From the NCBI GenBank assembly GCA_965219085.1, contig OZ244720.1:672001-736000 (forward strand): 64,000 nucleotides of DNA. Direction: 5' to 3'. The DNA comes from Dehalococcoidia bacterium. Lineage in GTDB: Bacteria > Chloroflexota > Dehalococcoidia > UBA2979. Positions 47,395 to 56,394 of the stretch are shown here, in pieces. Position 1 is the stretch's first letter. The number at the start of each line of letters is the position of its first letter. The translations under genes were made by a program, and so were the position numbers. The notes under the pieces were generated by a model that was not told the origin of the DNA, made no database searches, and worked only from the letters and a program-made list of their open reading frames with translations.

Positions 47395-49677
47395 CTATCC
47401 GGGTGTGCCGACCAGGCCCTCCTCGTGTTCCCGCTCCAGCGCCCACTCGAACAGGGAGAGCGTCGGAGCCTCGTCCCGACGCCGGCGCTTCGGATCGCCG
47501 GGCTCCCCGGCCATGAACTCCGCCCACGAGAACAGCGTCTGCTGCCGCTCCGGGGTTTCGTCATCGGCGTTGCCGCCAATGGGAAGGGCGGTGTGGCCGT
47601 TGCCATCGGCCCTGTTGGCGTGGACCTCGACGATCACCGGCTCGGGCGCACGCCAGCCGTCGTCGACCAGCAGCGCCTCGGCCTCCGCCGCGACCTGCTG
47701 CGCCTGGGCGAACACCGACTCGACCGAGCCGGCGTCCTCCTCCCCGGCGACGATCTTCCTCGCGAGCGCGAGCATCAGGTCGTCACCGTCGTCCCCATAG
47801 GCGGCGAGGCCGTCCTCGGGCAGCTCACCCTCAACCGCCAGCGACGATTGGAGCTTCTTCGCCACGAGCTTGAGGGCGTCGGCCTGCAGGGTGTTCCGGT
47901 AGGCCATGAAGACGACCTGCACGGGCTGCGTCTGGCCGATGCGCCAGGACCTGCGGGAGGCCTGGCGCATGGTGTACACGCTGTAATCCGTTTCGTACCA
48001 GCAAATCGTCGGGAACTCCACGAGGTCGAGTCCCGTCTGCACCAGCCGCGGGTGGCAGACGAGCACGTCGACGCCCTCCTCGACCCGCTGCGCCACCCAC
48101 GCCTCGCGGCGCTCGGGCGGCACGGCGTCCGCCTTCATCACCGCGACCCGGAAGCCGTGGCGGCCGAGGAACTCCTCCATGCGCCCGGTGATGTCGCGCG
48201 TGCCCGTGTGGGTCGCGTAGACGAGCACCCTCCGGCCCGCCAGACGCTCGGCGGCGACGAGGTCGACGAGCGCCTGCTCCTTCGGGTAGAGCTTTTCCGC
48301 AGGGAGGGGCGGCACCTGCACGAGCAGCTCCTCGGTCTCCGGGTCGAAGACCGCCTCGCCGCGCGTGCAGCCGTCGGGGTAGGCGAGCAGCGTCTGCAGG
48401 TAGGTGGCCAGCAGCCGCCGCGAGCCCTTCGAGAGCGCGTCCGCGAGCGCCGCCCGCAGCGTCTCGAAGAGCGTGTCGTAGCCACTGCGCTGGGAGAGCC
48501 CCGTCGCATCGGCTTCCGTGTCCATCGAGGAGAGCAGCACGCGCTCCTCGTAGGGCGGGAGCCCCGAGGCCACGTCCGAGAGCCGCAGGAACACCGCGTT
48601 GCCGATGAGGTGGAAGAGGGCGGCGGGGGCGAGCCCCGGCCGCTCCCTGATCACCTTCCGGTACTTGCGGCGGCGGCTCGTGCGTCCGTCCTCCTCCGCG
48701 ATGTCGTCGTCCCTGCCGATCGTGTGCTCGACGAAGCCGTAGCGCTCGATCCAGCGGCCCTCCTCGGAGCGCCCGAACTCCCCCCGGATCTCCGGGCTGA
48801 ACCGGTAGAGCAGGTGGAAGAGCGTCGAGGAGTAGCCGCCCATCAGGGTTCCGCTGAGGCTGAGCGACTTGCCGCAGACGTCGGCGAGGATGCCGGCGGC
48901 GATGCCCTGGGCGGAGCCGCGCCCCTTGTACTCGTGCACCTCGTCACCGACCAGCAGGTCGAAGAACCGCTTCAGGCGGAGCTTCACGTAGTCCGCCAGC
49001 GGGTAGCGCTTCGGGCCCGAGCGGTCGGCCTGCCAGAGGCCGGAGCCGCACTCGCCGCAGCGGCGCTTGCGGCGGGCGAGGTCGCGGGCGAGCAGGGGCA
49101 CGCCGTCCTTGTCCACGATCTGCGCATGGCAGTCCGGGCAGCACGGCACCTGGAACGGCTCGCCCGTCTCCTCGTGGCGCACCAGTCCCCGCGCGGTGGT
49201 GGCCCAGCGCTGCACGACGGCGGGCTGCCAGCGGTAGGAGAGCTTGGCGCGCTCGCGCGACATGATCGCGAAGAGCGGCCCGGTGCCGGTCGTGGCGCGC
49301 AGCCGCTCCAGGTCGGTGATCGAGGCGACGATCACGGCGCGGGCGCCGGGCACCGTCGCCTCGACCTCGCGCTTCCACTTGCGCGTGAGGTGCGGCGGGC
49401 AGAGCACGAGCACCCGCTCGAAGCCGGCCATATAGGCCGCCGAGGCGGCGATGAAGGTCTTGCCTGTGCCCATCTCCCCGACGACGGTCGTGCCGCGCTG
49501 CGCCTCGAGCGAGAGCGCCGCGCCGCGGATGGCGTCGGCCTGCGCGCCCAGGGGAGCGCGTAGCAGGGGCGGGAGCGCCCGGTCCTGCTCGGAGGGCCGA
49601 TAGCGGGGCGGGTACGACTCCACCACCCGCCGGGCGATGGCGTCGCGGTAGGCGTCGATGAATCCTGCGAGGTCCAT
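47395..49677 (-). CDS. SF2 (SNF2-like/DExH) helicase of conjugative elements with Zn-ribbon insertion
   Basis: ATG 49677 after AAGGA (MDLAGFIDAY); Walker A GEMGTGKT, DEVH, SLSGT, TGLDL, QASRRSWRIGQ; CCPDC...CGEC. Confidence 0.88.
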   Translation of the reverse strand: MDLAGFIDAYRDAIARRVVESYPPRYRPSEQDRALPPLLRAPLGAQADAIRGAALSLEAQRGTTVVGEMGTGKTFIAASAAYMAGFERVLVLCPPHLTRKWKREVEATVPGARAVIVASITDLERLRATTGTGPLFAIMSRERAKLSYRWQPAVVQRWATTARGLVRHEETGEPFQVPCCPDCHAQIVDKDGVPLLARDLARRKRRCGECGSGLWQADRSGPKRYPLADYVKLRLKRFFDLLVGDEVHEYKGRGSAQGIAAGILADVCGKSLSLSGTLMGGYSSTLFHLLYRFSPEIRGEFGRSEEGRWIERYGFVEHTIGRDDDIAEEDGRTSRRRKYRKVIRERPGLAPAALFHLIGNAVFLRLSDVASGLPPYEERVLLSSMDTEADATGLSQRSGYDTLFETLRAALADALSKGSRRLLATYLQTLLAYPDGCTRGEAVFDPETEELLVQVPPLPAEKLYPKEQALVDLVAAERLAGRRVLVYATHTGTRDITGRMEEFLGRHGFRVAVMKADAVPPERREAWVAQRVEEGVDVLVCHPRLVQTGLDLVEFPTICWYETDYSVYTMRQASRRSWRIGQTQPVQVVFMAYRNTLQADALKLVAKKLQSSLAVEGELPEDGLAAYGDDGDDLMLALARKIVAGEEDAGSVESVFAQAQQVAAEAEALLVDDGWRAPEPVIVEVHANRADGNGHTALPIGGNADDETPERQQTLFSWAEFMAGEPGDPKRRRRDEAPTLSLFEWALEREHEEGLVGTPG

Positions 49678-49798
49678 GGTTCCGTTCCTTTCGTCCTGTA
49701 GGGTTTGGCGAGCCGCGCGATGCGGCTTGTGACAGAGCGAGGCCCCGTCCCACGCGGGTGGTGGGGCGGGGCCTCGTGGTGCCGCTCGGAGTGAGCGG

Positions 49799-50832
49799 TC
49801 AGGCGGCGATGTCGGTGATCTCGCCGATGTCGAGGTCGAGAGCGACGACGGTGGTGCGCAGCCGCTCCCGGTAGACCTCTTTCTCAGGCGTGGTTTCCAC
49901 CAGCACCATCTCCTTTGATGTCTTCCCCTTGACGAGGATGCGACTGCCCTCGGCCTCGAGTTGCAGGTTGTCGAGGAAGCCGGCCGCCACCAGCATCGCG
50001 AGGTGGCCGCGGCGCAGCGGCATGAGTGGCGCGTGCGCCCGTCCTCGGCCGGCCAGAGCGCGTCGGTCACCGTCGCGCTGACCCAGAGCCCGGAGCGCCG
50101 CGACTCCGCAGCCGCGGCCACCGGGTCGATAGTGCGGGTGGCGAAGAGCACCTCGCCGCCGGCGGTCGCCCGGGCGTTGTAGACCGGATAGCGCTGGCGG
50201 CTCAGCTCCTCGACGTTGCCCTCCATGCACTCCTGCAGCCGCACGGCGCTGTACTGGTCGTACTGCACCTCGGCCTTGCGCGTGCCCATGACGACGACCT
50301 GGTCGAAGGCCTCACGCTCCGGGTCCGGGAAGGCCCAGCAGCGCAGCCGCGCGTAGTGCGAGGCGAGGTAGTTGGCGGAGCCCGCCAGCCGCCGCCTCGG
50401 CACGACGAACACGAGCAGCCCGTGCTCGGCCAGGTAGCGCGTGCAGTGCCTGAGGAACGCGTGCTCGGTGCGCTTCTCCTCGCCGGCGTCGTCGTCGTAC
50501 GGGGGATTCAGGTAGAGCAGCCCGAACGCCCCGTTGGCGATCGACGTCTGGAAGAGGTCCGTGCCGAGCACGTGGTCGAGGCGGTCCTGCGCCTCCTTCG
50601 CGCGCTCGGCGTGGAGCTCCACTCCGTAGGTCTCGACGGCGGAGCCGTCGGGACGGTCGATGCGGGCGGCGAGCTGCGCGAGCGCATCCCCGGCCCCGCA
50701 GCAGGGGTCGAGGATGCGCAGCGTGGTCTCGCCGCGGGCAGTGCTGCGAGCCTGCATCAGGCTCGCGATCATCTCGGTGACGCGTGGCGGCGTCGGGTAG
50801 AAACCGCCCTTCGCCTGGGCTGCCAGTCTCAT
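49799..50832 (-). pseudogene. ICE-type DNA methyltransferase (DUF6094-like) with a single frameshift near 50028 (real or sequencing error)
   Basis: N-part GFYPTP, ILDPCCGAG, YGVEL, LYLNPPY lies in ORF 47395..51222; C-part PLMPLRRGHLAMLVAAG...ITDIAA* lies in ORF 49799..50230. Adding one C at ACG CGC [C]CA CTC ATG joins them. Confidence 0.8.
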
Positions 50833-51494
50833 CTCGTGTCTCCTTCCCTGGTCAGGGTTGTCGTGGGCTCCGCGGGCTCCTCCCGCGGCAGCGTGAGCGT
50901 CCCGGCCGCCACGGCGTGCGAGAGGTCCTCGCGCAGCGCCTCGGCATTCGGGGTGCAGCGGTAGGCGGCGATGCCTGCCGACTGCAGCGGTACGACCTCG
51001 GCCTCCGCCAGTCCCCGGTGCCACAGCCAGTCCGCCCAGCTGCGGTGCAGGGGCAGCGGGCTGCGACGATCGAGGAAGCGGTGGTGCAGGGCGGGTGCCT
51101 CCTCCTCGCCCGGGGCGAGCAGCAGGAACGCATCCCGCTCGAAGGCGTACTCGGCCATGCGCGTGTAGACGAGGGCGTGCCAGCCTCCCGAGACGGGCAG
51201 GCGGCCGATCTTCGTCGTCCACGTGCCGAGCGTCTCGTAGGGGACCTCGCAGCGGTGGAATCCGCCCGAGAGCACCGCCCCGTCCGTGCCGGCGAGCAGG
51301 TGCGCGGTCTCCGGCGGGTGCTTGAGGAGGGCGGCCCAGATTGCCTTGAGGGCGCTCTGGGCTCCGACCATCGAGAGGAACCAGAGTCCCTCCGAGTCGG
51401 GGTCGCGCGCGAAGGCGTCGGCCGTGGCCGAGAAGCCGTTCGCGCTGATCGTGTAGAGGTCCTGGGTGTCCGGGGCGGCGTGCGCCACGAGCAT
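50829..51494 (-). CDS. Hypothetical protein translationally coupled to the methylase
   Basis: 221-aa ORF, AAGGAG RBS, ATGA overlap with the methylase start. Confidence 0.8.
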   Translation of the reverse strand: MLVAHAAPDTQDLYTISANGFSATADAFARDPDSEGLWFLSMVGAQSALKAIWAALLKHPPETAHLLAGTDGAVLSGGFHRCEVPYETLGTWTTKIGRLPVSGGWHALVYTRMAEYAFERDAFLLLAPGEEEAPALHHRFLDRRSPLPLHRSWADWLWHRGLAEAEVVPLQSAGIAAYRCTPNAEALREDLSHAVAAGTLTLPREEPAEPTTTLTREGDTR

Positions 51495-51556
51495 GGGCTG
51501 TCTCCTTCCGTACGTATCTGGTTGGTGGATTGCGCGGGCGAGCGCCCGCGTCTGCG

Positions 51557-52054
51557 TCAGCCGCCGAAGAGCCCGCGCTCCCGGAGGCTGACGGCTTCGT
51601 CGCCGATCACGATGTGGTCGAGCAACTCGATGCCGAGCAGCGTCGCCGCCTCCTCCAGCGCCTTCGTGACGTCGACGTCGTTCGTGCTCGGCGTCGCGTC
51701 TCCGCTGGGGTGGTTGTGGACGACGATCAGGTTCGGGACGGCCTCGACGACCGCCGGGCGCAGCACCTCGGCCAGCCTCACGACCGCCGAGTAGCAGTTG
51801 CCGAGGTAGATCACCCGCTGGCCGACGACGCGGTTGCGGCGGTCGAGCAACAGCACGCGCAGTTGCTCCTGCGCGAGCGTCCCCATCTCCGGCCCCAGCA
51901 GGCGCTGCACGTCCTCGGGAGAGCCGATGATCGGAGCGTCGGGCTCGCGGTCGGGCCGCGTCTCGACCTCGTAGCGCACCGCCAGCTCGTTGAGGACATC
52001 GAGGTTGCTGCGCAGCGCCGCGAGCAGCGCGTCGGCGTGCCCGGTGGCGGTCAT
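51557..52054 (-). CDS. radC: RadC-family JAB/MPN domain protein
   Basis: QEQLRVLLLD, HNHPSGDATPS..D, LLDHIVIG; ATG 52054 overlaps the upstream TGA. Confidence 0.92.
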   Translation of the reverse strand: MTATGHADALLAALRSNLDVLNELAVRYEVETRPDREPDAPIIGSPEDVQRLLGPEMGTLAQEQLRVLLLDRRNRVVGQRVIYLGNCYSAVVRLAEVLRPAVVEAVPNLIVVHNHPSGDATPSTNDVDVTKALEEAATLLGIELLDHIVIGDEAVSLRERGLFGG

Positions 52055-52587
52055 GCCGCCACCTCCACGGGCAGCGCCTGCCCGAGCGGGCAGATGCAGT
52101 CCTGGTGGTCGGGAGAAGCGTCGTCGTCGCAGTCGAGGCAGTTGCCGCAGTTGCGGCAGGCCACCCGCTGGTGCGCCGCGTCGCGGGCGTGACGCCGGGC
52201 GACGGTGTCCTCCCAGCAGCAGTTCAGCTCGCAGTTGTCGCCGTGGTCGTCCCCTGCCGCGGCGGCGTCCTGCTCGCAGTCGCGGCAGTGCGTGCGCCCG
52301 CGCACGACGGGGTGGCCGCAGCCGGCGCAGTCCCCGCCGTAGTCGCCTGTGGCCTCGAGCTCGGCCCTCACCGTCCTCTGGATGAGGGGGTGGCCGTCGG
52401 GGCCTTCGGACTCGGCGACGTAGTGCCAGGCCCACTTCATCCCGAGGTCGGCCCAGTCCGCGGTGCGGTAGGACCAGCGGTCGCAGGTGCAGTGGCCGTT
52501 GAAGTGGTCGGGACCCTCGAGCAGGGTCATGACCAGGTCGTGCCTGCTCACGACCGGCAGCTCGTGGTGATTGGTCGTCCGTGACAT
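52051..52587 (-). CDS. Cys/His-rich putative zinc-binding protein of unknown function
   Basis: 178 aa, AAGGAG RBS; HCTC, CAGC, CRDC, CELNCC, CRNCGNCLDC, CIC motifs. Confidence 0.75.
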   Translation of the reverse strand: MSRTTNHHELPVVSRHDLVMTLLEGPDHFNGHCTCDRWSYRTADWADLGMKWAWHYVAESEGPDGHPLIQRTVRAELEATGDYGGDCAGCGHPVVRGRTHCRDCEQDAAAAGDDHGDNCELNCCWEDTVARRHARDAAHQRVACRNCGNCLDCDDDASPDHQDCICPLGQALPVEVAA

Positions 52588-52706
52588 GGTCGGGTTCTCC
52601 TTCGTGGTTGATGGTGTCCGTGATGGATGCGGCGAGGCCGCCCCCTGAGGGAGCGGCCCCGTGTGCGCCCGCGTGTCGGCGGGCGGCGTCTGTGTGCCGT
52701 GGGTGG

Positions 52707-53105
52707 CTAGAAGGGCTGGTCGTCCGCCGTCGCGGCGGCGGCCTCCCGGCTGCCGTTCCCGTTGCCGTTCGTGCGCCCGTTGCCGTTTGAGTCGAGGAAG
52801 ATGACCTCCTGCGCGTGCACCTCGCTGCGGTGGCGGCGCTGGCCGTCCTGCGTCTCGTAGCTGTTCTGCGCGAGCGAGCCCGCGACGAAGATGCGGTTGC
52901 CCTTCTTCACGTACTCGGCGACGGCCTCGGCCTGCTTGCCCCAGCAGACGACGCTGTGCCAGTCGGCCTCGGTCTCGCCGTTCTGACGGCGGCGGTCGGT
53001 CGCCAGCCTGAGCTGGCAGATCGCCGTGCCGTTCTGGCTGTACTTGAGCTCGGGCTCCGTGCCCACGCGGCCCAGCAGCTCGATGCGGTTGATCGTGCGT
53101 GACAT
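52707..53105 (-). CDS. ssb: Single-stranded DNA-binding protein (copy 2)
   Basis: NRIELLGRVG.EPELKY, LATD, WH.VVCWGKQAE, KG..IFV.G.L, acidic tail DDQPF; ATG 53105 with AAGGAG. Confidence 0.95.
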   Translation of the reverse strand: MSRTINRIELLGRVGTEPELKYSQNGTAICQLRLATDRRRQNGETEADWHSVVCWGKQAEAVAEYVKKGNRIFVAGSLAQNSYETQDGQRRHRSEVHAQEVIFLDSNGNGRTNGNGNGSREAAAATADDQPF

Positions 53106-53251
53106 GTTCAGTCTCCTTCTGGTGATGGTTGTCACCGTGGCGGTGCGGCCTCGCCGCACCTGGTTCGAAACGACGGCGGGGCCGCCCCCGTCAGGGAGCG
53201 GCCCCGTGTGCGCCCGCGCGCGGCGGGCGGCGTCTGTGTGCCGGTGGTTGG

Positions 53252-53644
53252 CTAGAAGGGCTGGTCGTCCGCGACCTCGGCGGCGGCCTGCTGGCCACCG
53301 TTGCCGTTGGAGCGCCCGGTGCCGTTCGAGTCGAGGAAGATGACCTCCTGCGCGTGGACCTCGGTGCGGTAGCGGCGCTGGCCGTCCTGCGTCTCGTAGC
53401 TGTTCTGGGCGAGCGAGCCCGCGACGAAGATGCGATTGCCCTTCTTCACGTACTCGGCCACGGCCTCGGCCTGCTTGCCCCAGCAGACGACGTTGTGCCA
53501 GTCGGCGTCGGTCTCGCCGTTCTGGCGGCGGCGGTCGGTCGCCAGCCTGAGCTGGCAGATCGCGGTGCCGTTCTGGCTGTACTTCAGCTCGGGGTCGGTC
53601 CCGACCCGGCCCAGCAGCTCGATGCGGTTGATCGTCCGTGACAT
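53252..53644 (-). CDS. ssb: Single-stranded DNA-binding protein (copy 1)
   Basis: Same OB-fold motifs and DDQPF tail; tandem duplicate at ~545-bp spacing. Confidence 0.95.
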   Translation of the reverse strand: MSRTINRIELLGRVGTDPELKYSQNGTAICQLRLATDRRRQNGETDADWHNVVCWGKQAEAVAEYVKKGNRIFVAGSLAQNSYETQDGQRRYRTEVHAQEVIFLDSNGTGRSNGNGGQQAAAEVADDQPF

Positions 53645-53837
53645 TTCAGATTCTCCTTTTGGTGTTGGTTGTCACCGTGGTGGTGCGGCCTCGCCGCACC
53701 TGGGTTCGAAACGACGGCGGGGCCGCCCCGAAGGACGGCCCCGTGTGCGCTCCCGGAAGGGAGCGTCTCTGCAGCGCGTGTGCTCCAGGCACCTGCGATG
53801 GGCACCTCCTTCCGTTTGCTTGTTGGCCTTCAGGCGC

Positions 53838-54557
53838 TCAGGCGGCCTTCGGCGTCTCGGTCGCGCCGTCCTCCCGGAGCTTGCCGGCCGCGGCCTCCAC
53901 CAGCGGGGTGAGGGCCGCGACCGGGAGCTCGTCGAGATCCTGGCCCGTGCGCTCGCGCACGGCGGACCGCACCTTCGCCTCGTCGAAGCCGCGGCAGTTG
54001 CCGAGGTCGACGAGGGTCTTGCGCAGCGACGGCGCGAGCTCGCCCGTCGCCCCGTCGCCGTAGAGGCTGTTCCCGAACTGGTCGCCGTAGCTCCGCAGCG
54101 CCCGCTTGAGCGCATCCGTGACCGCGCCCTTGTGCGCGGTCTCGTGGCCCTCGACTGTCTCGTCCGCGACGGCCTGGAAGCCGACGTCGGTACGCGAGGG
54201 CGAGCCGGGAACGGTCACCCGCACGGTCGCGGTGTAGGCGCGCCAGGGCTTGGCCTCGCCCGTCCTCGGGTCGACGCTCTCGCCCTCCCGTAGTTCGACG
54301 GGAGCGACCAGCTCGTAGCCCCAGCCGCCGTGTCCGAAGACGCGGTTGGCCTGGTCGATGACGGTGTACCCCTCGATGTAGGCGTAGCTGCGGTTGCCGC
54401 GCCCCTTGCGCTGCGAGACGAGACCCTCGTCGAGGGGCTCGCCGAGCCGCTGCGTGACGGCGGGTGGGAGGCTGTCCCACACGAGGTCGCGCTCCGGGAC
54501 GGGCTCGGGGTGGACGCCGTTGCGGCTGCCGTTGACGGTCGGTGTTGCGTTCGTCAT
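53838..54557 (-). CDS. Rad52/Rad22-family single-strand annealing protein
   Basis: RKGRGNRSYAYIEGYTVIDQANRVFGHGGW, RTDVG, KGAVTDALKRALRSYGDQFGNSLY; ATG 54557 with AAGGAG. Confidence 0.9.
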   Translation of the reverse strand: MTNATPTVNGSRNGVHPEPVPERDLVWDSLPPAVTQRLGEPLDEGLVSQRKGRGNRSYAYIEGYTVIDQANRVFGHGGWGYELVAPVELREGESVDPRTGEAKPWRAYTATVRVTVPGSPSRTDVGFQAVADETVEGHETAHKGAVTDALKRALRSYGDQFGNSLYGDGATGELAPSLRKTLVDLGNCRGFDEAKVRSAVRERTGQDLDELPVAALTPLVEAAAGKLREDGATETPKAA

Positions 54558-54759
54558 GTGTCGCTCTCCTTCGTGCTGTGCATGGCTGGATGGACTGGTT
54601 GCGGGCCTCCCCAGGGGGAGACCCGTGCGCGGGGCGGAGCCCCGTCGGTCAGCGGTCATCGCGCCTCCTTCCGGTTGGCGGTTGGCCGGCGGGCACACGG
54701 AAGCGGCCCGGCCCCTTCGGGGAGCCGGGCAGTCAATGCCCGTCGGTGGGATGGGTTGG

Positions 54760-55806
54760 TTAGCGGGCGGCGCGAGCCGCCCGTTCGAGCAGGCGCAGGA
54801 AGACTTCCCGCCCCTGCGGCTGGGTCGCAAGTTCGGCCACGTCGGCGATGCCCTGGGGCAGGGCCACGACGGCGGCGCGGCGGCCAAGCAGGCTGGTGAG
54901 CCGCGCCGCCGCCTCGCGTCCGGCGCTGTCTGCATCGAAGGCGATGAAGACGTTGGGGCAGCCCCGCAGGGCGGCGGCCACCCGCTCCATGCCCTGCGTG
55001 CCGAGGGCGGCGCAGGCGGGCAATCCCCACTCGCTCAGGACGAGCCAGTCGAAGACGCCCTCGGTCACGACCGCCCACGGCGAGGCGTGACCGACCCGTC
55101 CCAGCCCGAGCACGGGCTTGGGGCCGGGCAGCGACTGGAAGCGGGGCGAGCGCTCCGGGTCGATGGCGCGTCCCGTGAGCCAGCGGACGCGACCGCCCGC
55201 GACCTCGGGGACGACCACCATGCCGCCGAAGCGCTCGCCGTGCTCCGTGAACAGCCCGCTCTCGCGGATCCGTCCGGAGGTGAAGCCCGCGGACGCAAGT
55301 GCTGTCCGCAGCCCGCGCCCCGGCGCATGGCCGAGGCCGAGCCGCATGGCCGTGTCGAGGTCGATGCCCCGCGAGGCCAGGTACGCCCTCGCCTTGGCAC
55401 TGCGGCGAAGCTGCCCCGCGTAGTACCTCGCCGCCGCCGTCGCGATCGCCGGGTCGGGCGGCGGAACCGCCGTCCGAGCAGCGGCCCGTCGAGAGGCTCC
55501 GAGGTGGGCAGGAGCGGTCGTGGGCGGAGAGGCGTCGAGCCGCCGGATCGCCTCCGGCAGGCTCACGCCCTCGGCGCGCTGGATGAAGTCCAGCACGTCG
55601 CCGCCCTCGCCGCAGCCGAAGCAGTACCAGCGCTCGGTGTCGGCGTAGACGGTGAAGCTGCCCTCGGCCTCCTCGTGGAAGGGGCAGATGCCCTGCCGGA
55701 CGCGGCCCCTGCCGTGCAGGCGAACGCCCGACGCCTCCACCACGTCGCCCAGCGGGTGACGCGCCTTCAGCGCCGCGATGTCGACGCGCGCTTGCGCGGC
55801 GACCAT
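54760..55806 (-). CDS. DnaG-like DNA primase (CHC2 zinc finger plus Toprim)
   Basis: CPFHEE..GSF...WYCFGCGEGGDV, YLASRGI, VTEGVFD, FIAFDADSAG; ATG 55806 overlaps the upstream TGA. Confidence 0.92.
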   Translation of the reverse strand: MVAAQARVDIAALKARHPLGDVVEASGVRLHGRGRVRQGICPFHEEAEGSFTVYADTERWYCFGCGEGGDVLDFIQRAEGVSLPEAIRRLDASPPTTAPAHLGASRRAAARTAVPPPDPAIATAAARYYAGQLRRSAKARAYLASRGIDLDTAMRLGLGHAPGRGLRTALASAGFTSGRIRESGLFTEHGERFGGMVVVPEVAGGRVRWLTGRAIDPERSPRFQSLPGPKPVLGLGRVGHASPWAVVTEGVFDWLVLSEWGLPACAALGTQGMERVAAALRGCPNVFIAFDADSAGREAAARLTSLLGRRAAVVALPQGIADVAELATQPQGREVFLRLLERAARAAR

Positions 55807-56270
55807 CACGAGCTGCCCTTCGCCAGGGGCCGCAGTCCCCGCAGGCTGCGCCGCGAGACGACCTTGCCGGAGTGCCAGCGCATCCCGAGGACGGCCAGCA
55901 CCTCCAGTGCCCCGCCGGGCTGCGGGGCGAGCACCGCCGCTCGCCCGGTGGCGGGGCTGTAGACGACCGCCTCGCGCCCCGCGAAGCGCCGCCGTGTGAC
56001 ATCGAGCCATTCGGCGTACGCCCAGCGCGCCTCCTGCTCCGTGACCCTCTTCAGGTCCGCGCCGGCGAGCACCGCGAGCGCCCCGTCGAGGTCGCCCTGC
56101 CGCCTCAACCGCCGCGCCTCGTGGACGCTGCGGGCGATGCTCGGTTCGGGTTCCGGCGACGCTCCGAGGAGCGCCTCGAAGACCCGGTCCACCAGCTCTT
56201 CGAGGCTGCGGCCGGGGCGGTCTCCCGCCACCTCCGCAGCCGTGTTCAGCGTTCCCGTTGCCATCGTCAT
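55806..56270 (-). CDS. Hypothetical protein coupled to the primase
   Basis: ATG 56270 with AGGAGG (MTMATGTLN...); TGATG overlap with the primase start. Confidence 0.7.
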   Translation of the reverse strand: MTMATGTLNTAAEVAGDRPGRSLEELVDRVFEALLGASPEPEPSIARSVHEARRLRRQGDLDGALAVLAGADLKRVTEQEARWAYAEWLDVTRRRFAGREAVVYSPATGRAAVLAPQPGGALEVLAVLGMRWHSGKVVSRRSLRGLRPLAKGSS

Positions 56271-56394
56271 TTCGTGTCCTCCTGTGGTGTGGTTCCTGGT
56301 GCCGGGTCGTGCGCCCTCGCGGGCATGAAGAGGGCCGCCTCCAAAGAGGCGGCCCCATGGCTGGGTGGATACGGTGGGCCGGAGCCCAGGGTCG

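Noticed and set aside
47251-49563. 770-aa + strand ORF (also 54394..55962 and 59968..62253)
   Set aside because: Antisense shadows of the helicase, primase and T4SS genes.
47395-51222. 1275-aa ORF as a single gene
   Set aside because: It concatenates an off-frame leader, the methylase N-part, ~115 aa of off-frame and intergenic sequence, and a helicase with its own RBS/ATG at 49677.
52633-54644. CRISPR array or integron attC sites
   Set aside because: Repeats are separated by whole genes, not 30-40-bp spacers; no cas or intI gene; no RYYYAAC/GTTRRRY ends.
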